DNA of 64,000 nt from the NCBI GenBank assembly GCA_021205245.1, contig JAJPXZ010000103.1, positions 10,575-74,574 on the forward strand, given 5' to 3'. Position numbers and translations under genes: made by a program. Source of the stretch: Planctomycetaceae bacterium (GTDB lineage Bacteria; Planctomycetota; SZUA-567). Positions 43,561 through 53,339 of this stretch are shown here, piece after piece. Position 1 is the stretch's first letter. Each line of letters begins with the position of its first letter. A model generated the notes under the pieces. It did not search any database. It had not been told where the DNA came from and saw only the letters and a program-made list of their open reading frames with translations.

Positions 43561-43646
43561 AATGTGGCCTTTCCTCTGCGCTTTTCGGCCTATTCGATTG
43601 CAGCCGTAAACGCAAGGAGATGCCGGACATTCTTTAAAAAAGCGCT
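43561..43646 (+). repeat. Family-2 conserved intergenic element, copy B
   Basis: AATGTGGCCTTTCCTCTGCGCTTTTCGGCCTATTCGATTGCAGCCGTAAACGCAAGGAGATGCCGGACATTCTTTAAAAAAGCG. It lies between two hairpin terminators. Confidence 0.7.
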
Positions 43647-43648
43647 GA

Positions 43649-43682
43649 CCAAAAGAAACAGGGGCGGACAGGGGTCCGCCCC
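43649..43682 (-). terminator. Terminator hairpin after the PPIase gene
   Basis: GGGGCGGAC-AGGG-GTCCGCCCC is a 9-bp stem. On the minus strand it is followed by TGTTTCTTTTGG. Confidence 0.6.
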
Positions 43683-43720
43683 ACAGTTTCCTGGTACTCT
43701 TAGTATATCACATGAAACGG

Positions 43721-44767
<1,047 letters not shown>

Positions 44768-44907
44768 ACAAAGTCCTTTTTCTAAGGGAATCCACAAAAA
44801 CGAACGTTCGTTATGATACGAAAAAGGGGTGGCGATGTATAGGGGCAGGGTGGAAAGAACAAAAAAGAACGGCTCATTCACCGTCAAACGTGGCGATTAC
44901 CCTTTTC

Positions 44908-44970
44908 GTCACCCCGGCGTGCTCACGGTCGCCGTGCGAACAACGTGTGGTTGTGCCGGGGCAGGCGGGA
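44908..44970 (+). repeat. Family-1 hairpin repeat, copy R4 (subfamily with GTTGTGCCGGGGCA)
   Basis: CGTCACCCCGGCGTGCTCACGGTCGCCGTGCGAACAACGTGTGGTTGTGCCGGGGCAGGCGGG. Confidence 0.65.
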
Positions 44971-45015
44971 GAACAATCGCTGCAAAACCGCGCGATTTTT
45001 CCGCATATTTGTAAC

Positions 45016-45090
45016 CCATCGCGTCCACGATTGCCCCGGCACAACTTCACGCCCCGCGCCCGGTTCAACGCTTCACCGCCGGGGTGACGG
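45016..45090 (-). repeat. Family-1 hairpin repeat, copy R5 (subfamily with GTTGTGCCGGGGCA)
   Basis: The reverse complement reads CCGTCACCCCGGCGGTGAAGCGTTGAACCGGGCGCGGGGCGTGAAGTTGTGCCGGGGCAATCGTGGACGCG. Confidence 0.65.
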
Positions 45091-45176
45091 TAGAGAAAAG
45101 CGGGACCTCGGAGACAAAAAAACCGCGCCCCAAAAGGAGCGCGGCCGATGGATCATATCGGGTCATTCGCTTCGTC

Positions 45177-46556
45177 CTACTTGGCCTTGGCTTTTTCGCG
45201 GCGGCACAAAGCACGAACCTCACCCGCAAGGTAAAGCGAGCCGCAACTAAGGATAAGCCCATCCAGCGGCGTATAGGTGTCTGCCAGTTCCATAGCATGG
45301 GCGGCATCGATGGCGACAGCCGTTTTGACCGTGGGGAATTCAGCCCGGATGTAGGCGTCGATTTCCTCCGGCGCGGCGGCGCGGGGCGAATCGAACGGGG
45401 TCAGCACGATGTGCGAGAACAGGGGAGCCAGGATGCGGAGCATCGACTTATAGTCCTTGTCCTTCGACACGCCGAAAATGAGCGTCCGTTCGGATGCGGA
45501 AAAGTTTTCCAGCACTGTCTCGGCTGCGGCCCAGGCCGAAGCCGGGTTATGCGCACCGTCGACGATGTGCCAAGGGTTATTGGCCATCACTTCAAGCCGC
45601 GCCGGAAGGGCAAGGCTGCGCCAGGCGCGCTTCAGGATTAAGGAATCGAGGGATTCCCGGTCCATATATTCGAGGAACAGGTCGGTCAGGCCCAGGGCCA
45701 GTCCGGCGTTCTCGGCCTGGTGTTTCCCGAGCATAGCAACCGGAATGTCAGGGTAGACGTTCCGCCAGGTCTCGAGGTCGAGGCGCTGGCCGATGCCGGG
45801 CTTGTCCTGCGTCGACGGCTTCCGGAACACCACCTGCACGTCCTTGCCGACGGTGAAGACCGGCGACGACAGTTCGCGGGCGCGGGTCTCGATAACGCGG
45901 CGGACGCCGTCTTCCTGCCCCATGGTGACGACCGGAACGTTCTGACGGATGATGGCCGCCTTTTCCGCCGCGATGGCGGTGAGGCTGGAGCCGAGCACTT
46001 CTTCGTGGTCTTTCGAAATCGTGGTAATGCCGGCGGCGACCAGGCGCAGGTCCAGCAGGTTGGTGGCGTCGAGGCGGCCACCCATGCCGGTCTCCAGCAC
46101 CATCGCCTCGACCCGGGCGTTCTGGAACGCGACCAGGGCGATGGCGGTGACGATTTCAAACCAGGACGGGCCGTTGCCTTCGTCGCGCATGGCTGAGGCT
46201 TCACGCAGCACCGTCACGGCGGCTTCGACAAAGCGCTGCTGGTTGATGGGCCGGCCGTGAATCTGGATGCGCTCCCGCAGGTCGTCGACGTGCGGGCTGG
46301 TGTAGAGGCCGGTCTTCAGGCCGGCGGCGGTGAGAGCGGCCGCGACCATGTGGCTGACCGAACCCTTGCCTTTGGTGCCGGCGATGTGGATGGCGGGAAT
46401 ATTGGCGTGGGGCGAGCCCAGCCGTTTCACAAGTTTATTCATGCGCTCGGAGCCGCCGCCAAGGGCTGCGGGGGTGACGCCGACGCGCTCAAGATTCTGA
46501 TAGGTGTCGAGGGTCTCGAGGACTTCCTCGTAGCGTGGCAGTGTGTGTAGTTCCAT
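45177..46556 (-). CDS. folC: Bifunctional folylpolyglutamate synthase / dihydrofolate synthase
   Basis: 459 aa. Mur-ligase-type P-loop HIAGTKGKGSV with a FolC-typical layout. Confidence 0.88.
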   Translation of the reverse strand: MELHTLPRYEEVLETLDTYQNLERVGVTPAALGGGSERMNKLVKRLGSPHANIPAIHIAGTKGKGSVSHMVAAALTAAGLKTGLYTSPHVDDLRERIQIHGRPINQQRFVEAAVTVLREASAMRDEGNGPSWFEIVTAIALVAFQNARVEAMVLETGMGGRLDATNLLDLRLVAAGITTISKDHEEVLGSSLTAIAAEKAAIIRQNVPVVTMGQEDGVRRVIETRARELSSPVFTVGKDVQVVFRKPSTQDKPGIGQRLDLETWRNVYPDIPVAMLGKHQAENAGLALGLTDLFLEYMDRESLDSLILKRAWRSLALPARLEVMANNPWHIVDGAHNPASAWAAAETVLENFSASERTLIFGVSKDKDYKSMLRILAPLFSHIVLTPFDSPRAAAPEEIDAYIRAEFPTVKTAVAIDAAHAMELADTYTPLDGLILSCGSLYLAGEVRALCRREKAKAK

Positions 46557-46836
46557 TCAATTCCCCATGTGACGCCGGTTCGCGCGGGTTAAAACAGGCC
46601 CATCACGGCACGGCAAAATGCGGACCCGCCGGCCCGAGCCGGATAAACCGGCGGAGGCCGACGAGCGCCAAAGAGGTTAAACCCCCGAGCCCGCGACACG
46701 CTGTGGCGAAGGCTCGTACCCTGGTTCCCGTAGTTCGTTCCGGCGGAAGGAAGCAGTGGGTCGTAGAGCCATGCATTCCCGGACCGTCGGAGCGGCGTAC
46801 TCGAACAATTGGTTTTTTCGTACTTCTTTACTTGTC

Positions 46837-49038
46837 CTATTCCTGCGGCTTCCCTTCCGCCAGATCTTCCTCGGCCAACTTTTTCCGGTTCTCTTCGGCT
46901 AGGTTGCGGATGGTGGCAAACAGGGGCGTTTCGGGAAGACCGCCTATCGAATCCCCCAGGACCATGATCGCTTCCTGCAGGTAGGCGTTTTCTTCCAAAT
47001 CGACGTTATGGTTCTCTTCGCCCTTGAAATCGCGGAGATACGTGGCGATGCCGTAGCGGATTTCCTTGCGCACCAGCTCGTCGTCGATCTTTTCCTTCGG
47101 GTACTTGGTCTGCAACTGGGTCAGCAGGGTGTCGAACTCGGGATACGCCTGCGGGTCCAGGTTGTCGAATTCGAGCAGCTTGCGGAACTCCTGCTCGTAG
47201 CGGGTCCAGCGGTCGTTTTCCTCGAGCCAGAACATGATGTCGTGCTGGTCGCGGATTTTGAACCGCGCTTCCGCCTCGGCCACCGACAAATCCATTTCCG
47301 GCACCTTGAAATCGGGTTCGATGCCTTTTTCGTGGATGCAGTCGTTGTTCGGCAGATAGTACTTGGCTACGGTCAACTTGATGCGGGAGCGGTCGCGGGC
47401 GGCGTCGACGCCGATAAGCGACTGCACCGAGCCCTTGCCGTAGGTTTTGCGGCCCACGAGCGGCGCGCGCTTGTGGTCGCGCATCGCACCGGCGAGGATT
47501 TCCGCCGCCGAAGCGGTGCCCGGGTTGACGACGACGACGACCGGATCACGGTAGAACGGCTTGCCGTAGTTCGCCTTGTAGACGTTCGGGCGCGAGAAAT
47601 TGCGTTTGCCCCGGCTGGTGACGATGGTTTTGCCTTCGCCGATGAACAGCTTCGCCACATCGACGCCCGAGACCATGACGCCGCCCGGGTTGTTCGACAG
47701 GTCGAGGACCAGTCCCTTCGCGCCGTTACGCTTCAGGCGGGTGAGGGCGTCCTTGACCAGACCGGCAGTCCCTTTGACCTTGCGGTAGGGGTCGCCGTCG
47801 TTGAAGGAGTTGATGCGGATATAGCCGATATTGCCCGGCAGCATCTGGTATTTGACCGACGGGATTTCGATGATTTCCCGACGCACCGCAACCTCGCGCG
47901 GTTCTTTCCAGGCGGGACGGTAGACGCGGACGCGGACGGTGGTGTTCGGCGGGCCTTTTAGGAGCTTGATAATGTCGTTCTGCTTCATGTCCTTCAGTTC
48001 GACATCGTCGATACGGTCGATGACGTCCATGGGCTTCAGGCCGGCGCGGTAGGCGGGCTTGTCGTACATGGGGGTGAGGACGGTGAAGCGGCCGTCGCGC
48101 ATGCCAACCCACGCACCGATGCCGCCGTAGTTGGCTTTCAGCTGCGACTCGAAATCGGCGAAGTCCTCTTCGTTCATGTAGTCGTTGAACTGGTCGAGCG
48201 AATAAAGGAGCGCCTGGGCCGAGGCTTCGGCGAGGGCGCGGGGTTCAAGGCGCTTGGCCTGATCCTTGTCCTCGTCGTCGGCGGCGTAGAAGTTGCGGAT
48301 TTTCTGGATAACTTCGGAAATCAGCAGCACGGCGAAGTCGTCGCGGCGCACTTCTTCGTTAAAACGGTTGTTGATGAGCATGATGTTTTGCGCGCGTTCG
48401 CCGACGGTACCGGGGGTGTCGGCCAAGGCCTTCACTTCATCGCGGAGCGACTGGTAGCGGTCGGTCTGGGCGAGGGCGAGAGTGGCTTCGGCGCGGGCCT
48501 GGGCGGACGAACCGTACTGGCGGATTTCTTCCAACACGGCGTAGGCCTGGGGCCGGGAAGAAAGCTTCCACAGACTGTAGGCGAGTTCGACCCGGAGGCG
48601 TTCCGGCACGTCCGGGGCTTCAAGCATGATGCCGAGGCGGGCGGTGGAGTATTCGCCGCCCCATTTGCCGAGGATTTCGGCCGCTTCGAGCCGACGCGCC
48701 ATCGGCACGTCTTCGGCCATGGCGATCTGTTCGACCCCGACCGTTCCCTCGCGTTGTTCGCCGAGGCGCAGCAGGGCGGCGGCGGCGGCGAGGCGTTCGC
48801 CGACCGAGCGGTTGGCATCGGCGGCAGCTTCGTAGAGGCGCGGATCGACGACGGCGTTGCCGGCGTTTTCCTGCCCGACGAGGGCGACCCTGCCCAGTTC
48901 CTGGGCGGCGAGCCACACCGGTTCGTCCGGATTGGCGGCCTGGGACTGAAGAATCGAATCAATATCGGCAGCCTGCGCGACGCCGGCGAACAGCACGGCG
49001 CAGGCGAGGAACGCCCTGAGGAGGATTTGACGCATCAT
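46837..49038 (-). CDS. S41-family C-terminal processing peptidase with N-terminal HEAT-like repeats and PDZ domain
   Basis: 733 aa from ATG 49038. Signal peptide MMRQILLRAFLACAVLFAGVAQA, and the S41 catalytic region GTASAAEILAGAMRDHKRAPLVGRKTYGKGSVQ. Confidence 0.85.
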   Translation of the reverse strand: MMRQILLRAFLACAVLFAGVAQAADIDSILQSQAANPDEPVWLAAQELGRVALVGQENAGNAVVDPRLYEAAADANRSVGERLAAAAALLRLGEQREGTVGVEQIAMAEDVPMARRLEAAEILGKWGGEYSTARLGIMLEAPDVPERLRVELAYSLWKLSSRPQAYAVLEEIRQYGSSAQARAEATLALAQTDRYQSLRDEVKALADTPGTVGERAQNIMLINNRFNEEVRRDDFAVLLISEVIQKIRNFYAADDEDKDQAKRLEPRALAEASAQALLYSLDQFNDYMNEEDFADFESQLKANYGGIGAWVGMRDGRFTVLTPMYDKPAYRAGLKPMDVIDRIDDVELKDMKQNDIIKLLKGPPNTTVRVRVYRPAWKEPREVAVRREIIEIPSVKYQMLPGNIGYIRINSFNDGDPYRKVKGTAGLVKDALTRLKRNGAKGLVLDLSNNPGGVMVSGVDVAKLFIGEGKTIVTSRGKRNFSRPNVYKANYGKPFYRDPVVVVVNPGTASAAEILAGAMRDHKRAPLVGRKTYGKGSVQSLIGVDAARDRSRIKLTVAKYYLPNNDCIHEKGIEPDFKVPEMDLSVAEAEARFKIRDQHDIMFWLEENDRWTRYEQEFRKLLEFDNLDPQAYPEFDTLLTQLQTKYPKEKIDDELVRKEIRYGIATYLRDFKGEENHNVDLEENAYLQEAIMVLGDSIGGLPETPLFATIRNLAEENRKKLAEEDLAEGKPQE

Positions 49039-49328
49039 CGTGATTTGCTTCCTTAGCGAGAAAAACGTTGTAGCCGGGCGGACCAGCCCCTCCGGCTTCA
49101 ACTCTGGACGAAACATTATTATTGCCAAACTACCGCCAAAGGCAAGGCGGTGGACGAAAATTTACCCATATCGACATCGCCATGCTTGAGGCAATATGTC
49201 GCGAATGGTTGTAAAGATTAAATTCACTATCGCAAAAAGAGGGCGTTTTCGGGCGTCGCCGAGAAACGTCTATCGCGCTTCACCTGCCTGCCGGTCCGTC
49301 AAAATCATCCGACCCAGCCTCCCCCAAC

Positions 49329-49411
49329 CGTCACCCCGGAGTGCGGACCTCCACCAGCGCAAAAAACGGGCGGTTCGGCCGGGGTCCACGGGGAAAAGCA
49401 GTGATGGCACC
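49329..49411 (+). repeat. Family-1 hairpin repeat, copy R6
   Basis: CGTCACCCCGGAGTGCGGACCTCCACCAGCGCAAAAAACGGGCGGTTCGGCCGGGGTCCACGGGGAAAAGCAGTGATGGCACC. Confidence 0.8.
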
Positions 49412-49440
49412 GAACTCGGGCGGTGATCATCCAAATTATT

Positions 49441-49530
49441 TCCGTAGCCACTGTTCATTCCCGTGGACCCCGGCCGAACCGCCTGTATATCGCCCGGTTG
49501 GATGTTTACAACGCCGGGGTGACGAATGGG
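49441..49530 (-). repeat. Family-1 hairpin repeat, copy R7
   Basis: The reverse complement reads CATTCGTCACCCCGGCGTTGTAAACATCCAACCGGGCGATATACAGGCGGTTCGGCCGGGGTCCACGGGAATGAACAGTGG. Confidence 0.75.
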
Positions 49531-49558
49531 GGAGCATGGTGCGTTTTTTTCCACACCG

Positions 49559-51469
49559 CTACCGCCCGAAGCGCTGCGCCAACTCCTCCCACGTTATGCG
49601 GATGGCGGTTGGGCGGCCGTGCGGGCACGTCGGTAATTGTCCTTGATTAAAAAACCTGTCGAGTAAGGCTACCACTTCCTCTTCTGGTAACGTGCGGCCG
49701 AGCAGAACCGACGAGTGGCAGGCGAGGGACGCGAGCAGCTTATCGCGCGCGTTCGCGAGCGTTTCGTCCGCCCCGGCCAAATCGGCCAAACAGTGCCGCA
49801 GCACCGTTTCCAGCTTCGCCGGGGTGATGAACGACGGCGCGGCGGTGACGACCAGCCGGTTCGTCTCGGGCATTTCCAATTCAAAGCCATATTCCGCCAG
49901 GCCTGGCATCGCTTCCGCGGCGGCAGCCGCTTCGGCAGGCGACAGTTCCAGTTCCAAGGGCAGCAGCAAACGCCGGGGCGCACCGCCCTTGCCGCGTTCC
50001 TCCACCAGCCGGTCGTAATTCTGCCGCTCGTGCAGCGCGTGCGGATCGACAAGCAGGATGCCGTCCGGCCCGTCAACGAGCAAATATTTGCCCGAAGCCT
50101 GGCCAAGCAAGCGGTGTTGCCCCGCCGGACCCAACCGCACGCCGCCCGACTGGTCGGATTCTTCCGCCCCCGGCGCGGCCGGTTCGGGAGTGTCGGCATG
50201 GCCGTTTGTGGAGACGGTCCTGCCTTGCGGCGTCGCGGTCGGCGTTTCGCGCGGCGTCTGGCCAGCCCCGCGCAAGCGTTCCCGCGCGGCGGCGAAATCA
50301 AAGTTCGACCAGCCGCTCTCCGGCTTTGTCCGTCCGACCGAAGACGGCAAATTAAGGCTGGACTGCCGCTCCGGCTCAGACCGGCCCTGCAAGGGCATGG
50401 TCGGACGCGGTTGCGATTCGGCACCATCGCCCCCGGCGGGAGCGGTCGGTGAAAGGCTTATCGCTGTCGGCATCATCGCCATCTGCTCGAGCGCATCGCG
50501 GAACGCGTGTTTGACCCCGGCGATGAGGATACCGTCCTGTTCAAACCGCACCTCTTCCTTGGTCGGATGGGCGTTGACGTCGACCTTCGCCGGATCGACA
50601 TGCACATTCACCACCGCCAGCGGATAGACCCGTGGCGGCAGAATGCCCTGAAAGACGTCGCCGATGGCGCGGGCGAGGCCGTAGTGGCGGATCCAGCGTT
50701 TGTTCACCAGGATATAGATGTCTTTGGAATTGCGCCTGCTTTCGGGCGGGCGGAGGAAAAAACCGTCCACCCGCAGTCCGTCCGTGATCTCGCGGGCAAA
50801 CGGCGTCAGCCGCGAAGCCGCCTTGTCGCCGAAGAGATCGCGGATACGGTCGAGCTGGCTCGCCGCCGGCCGCACCGACAGGGCGAGGCGTTCATTCGTC
50901 TGTAAACGGAAGCCCACGCCCGGGTTGCCGAGGGCGAGGCGGGTCAGCATTTCTGTCGCCCGGGTGTGTTCCGACGCGGGGGTGCGGAGGAATTTCCGTC
51001 GGGCCGGGGTGTTGAAAAAGATATCCCGCACCTCGACCTGGGTGCCTTTTCGCGGTGCCGCCGGGGTGACCCGCACCAACCGGCCGGCCTCGACCACCAG
51101 CTCATGGCCTTCGTCCACGTCGATGGGGCAGGACGAAATCGTCATCCGGCTGACCGAACCGATACTCGGCAGCGCTTCGCCCCGGAAGCCGAACGAGGCG
51201 ATGCGGAAGATATCGTCGACATCGCGGATTTTCGAGGTCGCATGGCGCTGCATGCAGGCGACAAGGTCTTCCTCGTCCATGCCGCAGCCGTCGTCGGACA
51301 CCCGCACCAGCCGGTGGCCGCCGTCCTCCATCTCCACCGAGACGGTTATCGCCCCGGCGTCGATGGCGTTTTCGACCAATTCCTTGACGACCGACGCCGG
51401 CCGTTCGATAACCTCACCGGCGGCGATCTTGTTCTGCACCGTGACCGGAAGGACGCGGATGATCGCCAT
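49559..51469 (-). CDS. mutL: DNA mismatch repair protein MutL
   Basis: 636 aa from the internal ATG 51469 (MAIIRVLPVTVQNKIAAGEVIERPASVVKELVENAIDAG). The ATG shares one base with the ribF TAA. The 228-aa extension in the ORF track overlaps ribF and is rejected. Confidence 0.92.
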   Translation of the reverse strand: MAIIRVLPVTVQNKIAAGEVIERPASVVKELVENAIDAGAITVSVEMEDGGHRLVRVSDDGCGMDEEDLVACMQRHATSKIRDVDDIFRIASFGFRGEALPSIGSVSRMTISSCPIDVDEGHELVVEAGRLVRVTPAAPRKGTQVEVRDIFFNTPARRKFLRTPASEHTRATEMLTRLALGNPGVGFRLQTNERLALSVRPAASQLDRIRDLFGDKAASRLTPFAREITDGLRVDGFFLRPPESRRNSKDIYILVNKRWIRHYGLARAIGDVFQGILPPRVYPLAVVNVHVDPAKVDVNAHPTKEEVRFEQDGILIAGVKHAFRDALEQMAMMPTAISLSPTAPAGGDGAESQPRPTMPLQGRSEPERQSSLNLPSSVGRTKPESGWSNFDFAAARERLRGAGQTPRETPTATPQGRTVSTNGHADTPEPAAPGAEESDQSGGVRLGPAGQHRLLGQASGKYLLVDGPDGILLVDPHALHERQNYDRLVEERGKGGAPRRLLLPLELELSPAEAAAAAEAMPGLAEYGFELEMPETNRLVVTAAPSFITPAKLETVLRHCLADLAGADETLANARDKLLASLACHSSVLLGRTLPEEEVVALLDRFFNQGQLPTCPHGRPTAIRITWEELAQRFGR

Positions 51470-52416
51470 TAGGCCTCCCGGTGGGACGCGAACCAGGTGC
51501 GGGCGGCGTTGAGATCGCGCTGCACCTGCTCCACCAAATCGTCGATGCGGGGAAAATGCATCACGTCGCGCGTTTTCTCGATAAAAAACACTTCGGCGTC
51601 GCGGCCGTAGACATCGGCCTTGAAGTCGAGGAGGTGGGTCTCGATCAGGAAATCCCGCAACCCGGCCTCGATTTCCGATTCGGTGGGCGGCCTGCCGATA
51701 TTGGTAAGGGATGGATAAGTAACCCCGTCCAGCACGGTGCGGGTGAGGTAGACCCCGGGCGGCGGACGGAGTTCGTGGTGCGGGTCCAGGTTCAGGGTCG
51801 GAAAGCCGAGTTTTGCCCCATGGCCCTGGCCGTGGACAATCGTCCCCTGGACAGAGGGCAACCGGCCCAGGAACCGGGCGGCGCGGTCGAGGTTGCCGGC
51901 CTGGATGGCGAGGCGAATGGCGGTGGAACTGACGACAGTCCCGTCCATGATCAGGTGCGGCACGCTTTCGACAAGCATACCCCACGGTTTGGCCCATACC
52001 GCCAGGGTGCGGGCATTGCCTTCGCGGCCGCAGCCGAAGGAAGCGCCTTCGCCCAGGACCACCGCCCCGGCGTTCAAACGCAGGTGGAAATAGGCTTCGG
52101 CATAGTCCTTGCCGGTACGTCGGGCAAAATCGGCTGTAAACGGCAGCACCCAAACCGCGTCCAGTCCGGCCGCGCTCAGGAGTTCCAGTCGTTTTTCCAG
52201 ACTGCAGATGCCTGGAGGCGCGGCTCGTCCCAGAGCCTGGCGGGGATGGGGCGAGAAGGTGACGGCCAGGGTGGGTGAATTGATTTTACTGGCGGCCAGC
52301 CGCAATTGCCTTATGATTGCCTGGTGTCCGAGGTGGACGCCGTCGAAAACGCCCATGGTGACGGCGGGACGGCGGTCAGACAGAGGTGAATCGTCAGTGG
52401 ATGTGAAGATGCGCAT
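51469..52416 (-). CDS. ribF: Bifunctional riboflavin kinase / FMN adenylyltransferase
   Basis: 315 aa from ATG 52416. Motifs: GVFDGVHLGHQ, and a C-terminal riboflavin kinase domain (GFPTLNL, ...EVFFIEKTRD). Confidence 0.9.
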   Translation of the reverse strand: MRIFTSTDDSPLSDRRPAVTMGVFDGVHLGHQAIIRQLRLAASKINSPTLAVTFSPHPRQALGRAAPPGICSLEKRLELLSAAGLDAVWVLPFTADFARRTGKDYAEAYFHLRLNAGAVVLGEGASFGCGREGNARTLAVWAKPWGMLVESVPHLIMDGTVVSSTAIRLAIQAGNLDRAARFLGRLPSVQGTIVHGQGHGAKLGFPTLNLDPHHELRPPPGVYLTRTVLDGVTYPSLTNIGRPPTESEIEAGLRDFLIETHLLDFKADVYGRDAEVFFIEKTRDVMHFPRIDDLVEQVQRDLNAARTWFASHREA

Positions 52417-52601
52417 AGTGTCATAAACCTTTCGCTCCGGCCCGAAGAGGGGACGGAGGGTGCGTGAGTGATAAATGTGCATTATACCGGCAATCGTCCC
52501 GGGGGCAAGCACAGGACGGAGAACCGACCAGGCCGGGGTCCATGCCGGGTGCGTTAGCTCCGGATAACTCTAAACAACGTCCCAAGAAACGAAAGACGCC
52601 T

Positions 52602-53318
52602 ATGCAGTTCGGCAGCCAATTCATAACCGGGTTTATGGTCTGGTACCTGGTCTTCCTCTTTTCCACCACCCTGCACGAGGCGATGCACTCGTTCATCTCC
52701 CACCGGGGCGGCGACGCGACCGCCTACTCGTCCGGGACAGCCACCCTGAATCCGGTGCCGCATATCCAGCGATCGCCCTTCGGTATGCTGGCCGTGCCAA
52801 TCATCACCTTTATCCTTTCGGGCGGCAATTACCTGATCGGCTGGGCCTCGGCCCCGTTCAATCCCTATTGGGCCGCGCGGTATCCGAAGCGGTCATTCCT
52901 GATGTCCCTGGCCGGACCATTGTCGCATCTGCCGATGATTGTGGTGTCGTTTGTCGCCATGTATATCGGCCTGCACAACGGCTATTTCGGTCCCCTGGAT
53001 CCCGAAACCGGCATGTATCCCATTGCCGCCGGGGTAGGCGGCGGCACGTTGTCGTGGGCATTGGCCATGTTCCTGAATGTCGCCTTCCGCCTGAATATTA
53101 TCCTCCTCATCTTCAACATCCTGCCGCTGCCGCCTTTGGACGGATCCGAGGTCTGGTATCTCTTTATCAAGCGCGAGGAAGACCGTCTCCGCTTTCGCTA
53201 TACCGCCAACTCCTACGCCTTTGCCGGGCTGTTGCTGGCCTGGTACTTTTTCCCAAGGGTTTATACACCTGTTGCGCATTTCTTGATATACCGTGTCCTT
53301 TATGGTTTGCCAATCTAG
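52602..53318 (+). CDS. Site-2 protease (M50) family membrane metalloprotease
   Basis: 238 aa from ATG 52602. Motifs: HExxH (LHEAMH) in the first TM region, and the second conserved motif FNILPLPPLDGS. Confidence 0.75.
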   Translation: MQFGSQFITGFMVWYLVFLFSTTLHEAMHSFISHRGGDATAYSSGTATLNPVPHIQRSPFGMLAVPIITFILSGGNYLIGWASAPFNPYWAARYPKRSFLMSLAGPLSHLPMIVVSFVAMYIGLHNGYFGPLDPETGMYPIAAGVGGGTLSWALAMFLNVAFRLNIILLIFNILPLPPLDGSEVWYLFIKREEDRLRFRYTANSYAFAGLLLAWYFFPRVYTPVAHFLIYRVLYGLPI

Positions 53319-53339
53319 CCGAATGCTGGTATACTCGTA

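Noticed and set aside
46745-46756. GGAAGGAAGCAG, a 12-mer identical to the core of the SRP (4.5S) RNA domain IV motif, in the 280-nt GC-rich spacer upstream of folC.
   Set aside because: The 5' context is TTCCGGC rather than GGUCC. The canonical GGAA tetraloop helix cannot form, and the flanks do not fold into the long SRP hairpin. I judged it a chance match.
46557-46836. A possible folate-related riboswitch (THF or ZTP/pfl) in the long leader of folC.
   Set aside because: I could not find the conserved ZTP blocks (GGGUCGUGACUGGCG ... CCGCCUGGGC) or a THF-like core on either strand. Only generic GC-rich hairpins are present. An Rfam scan would settle this.
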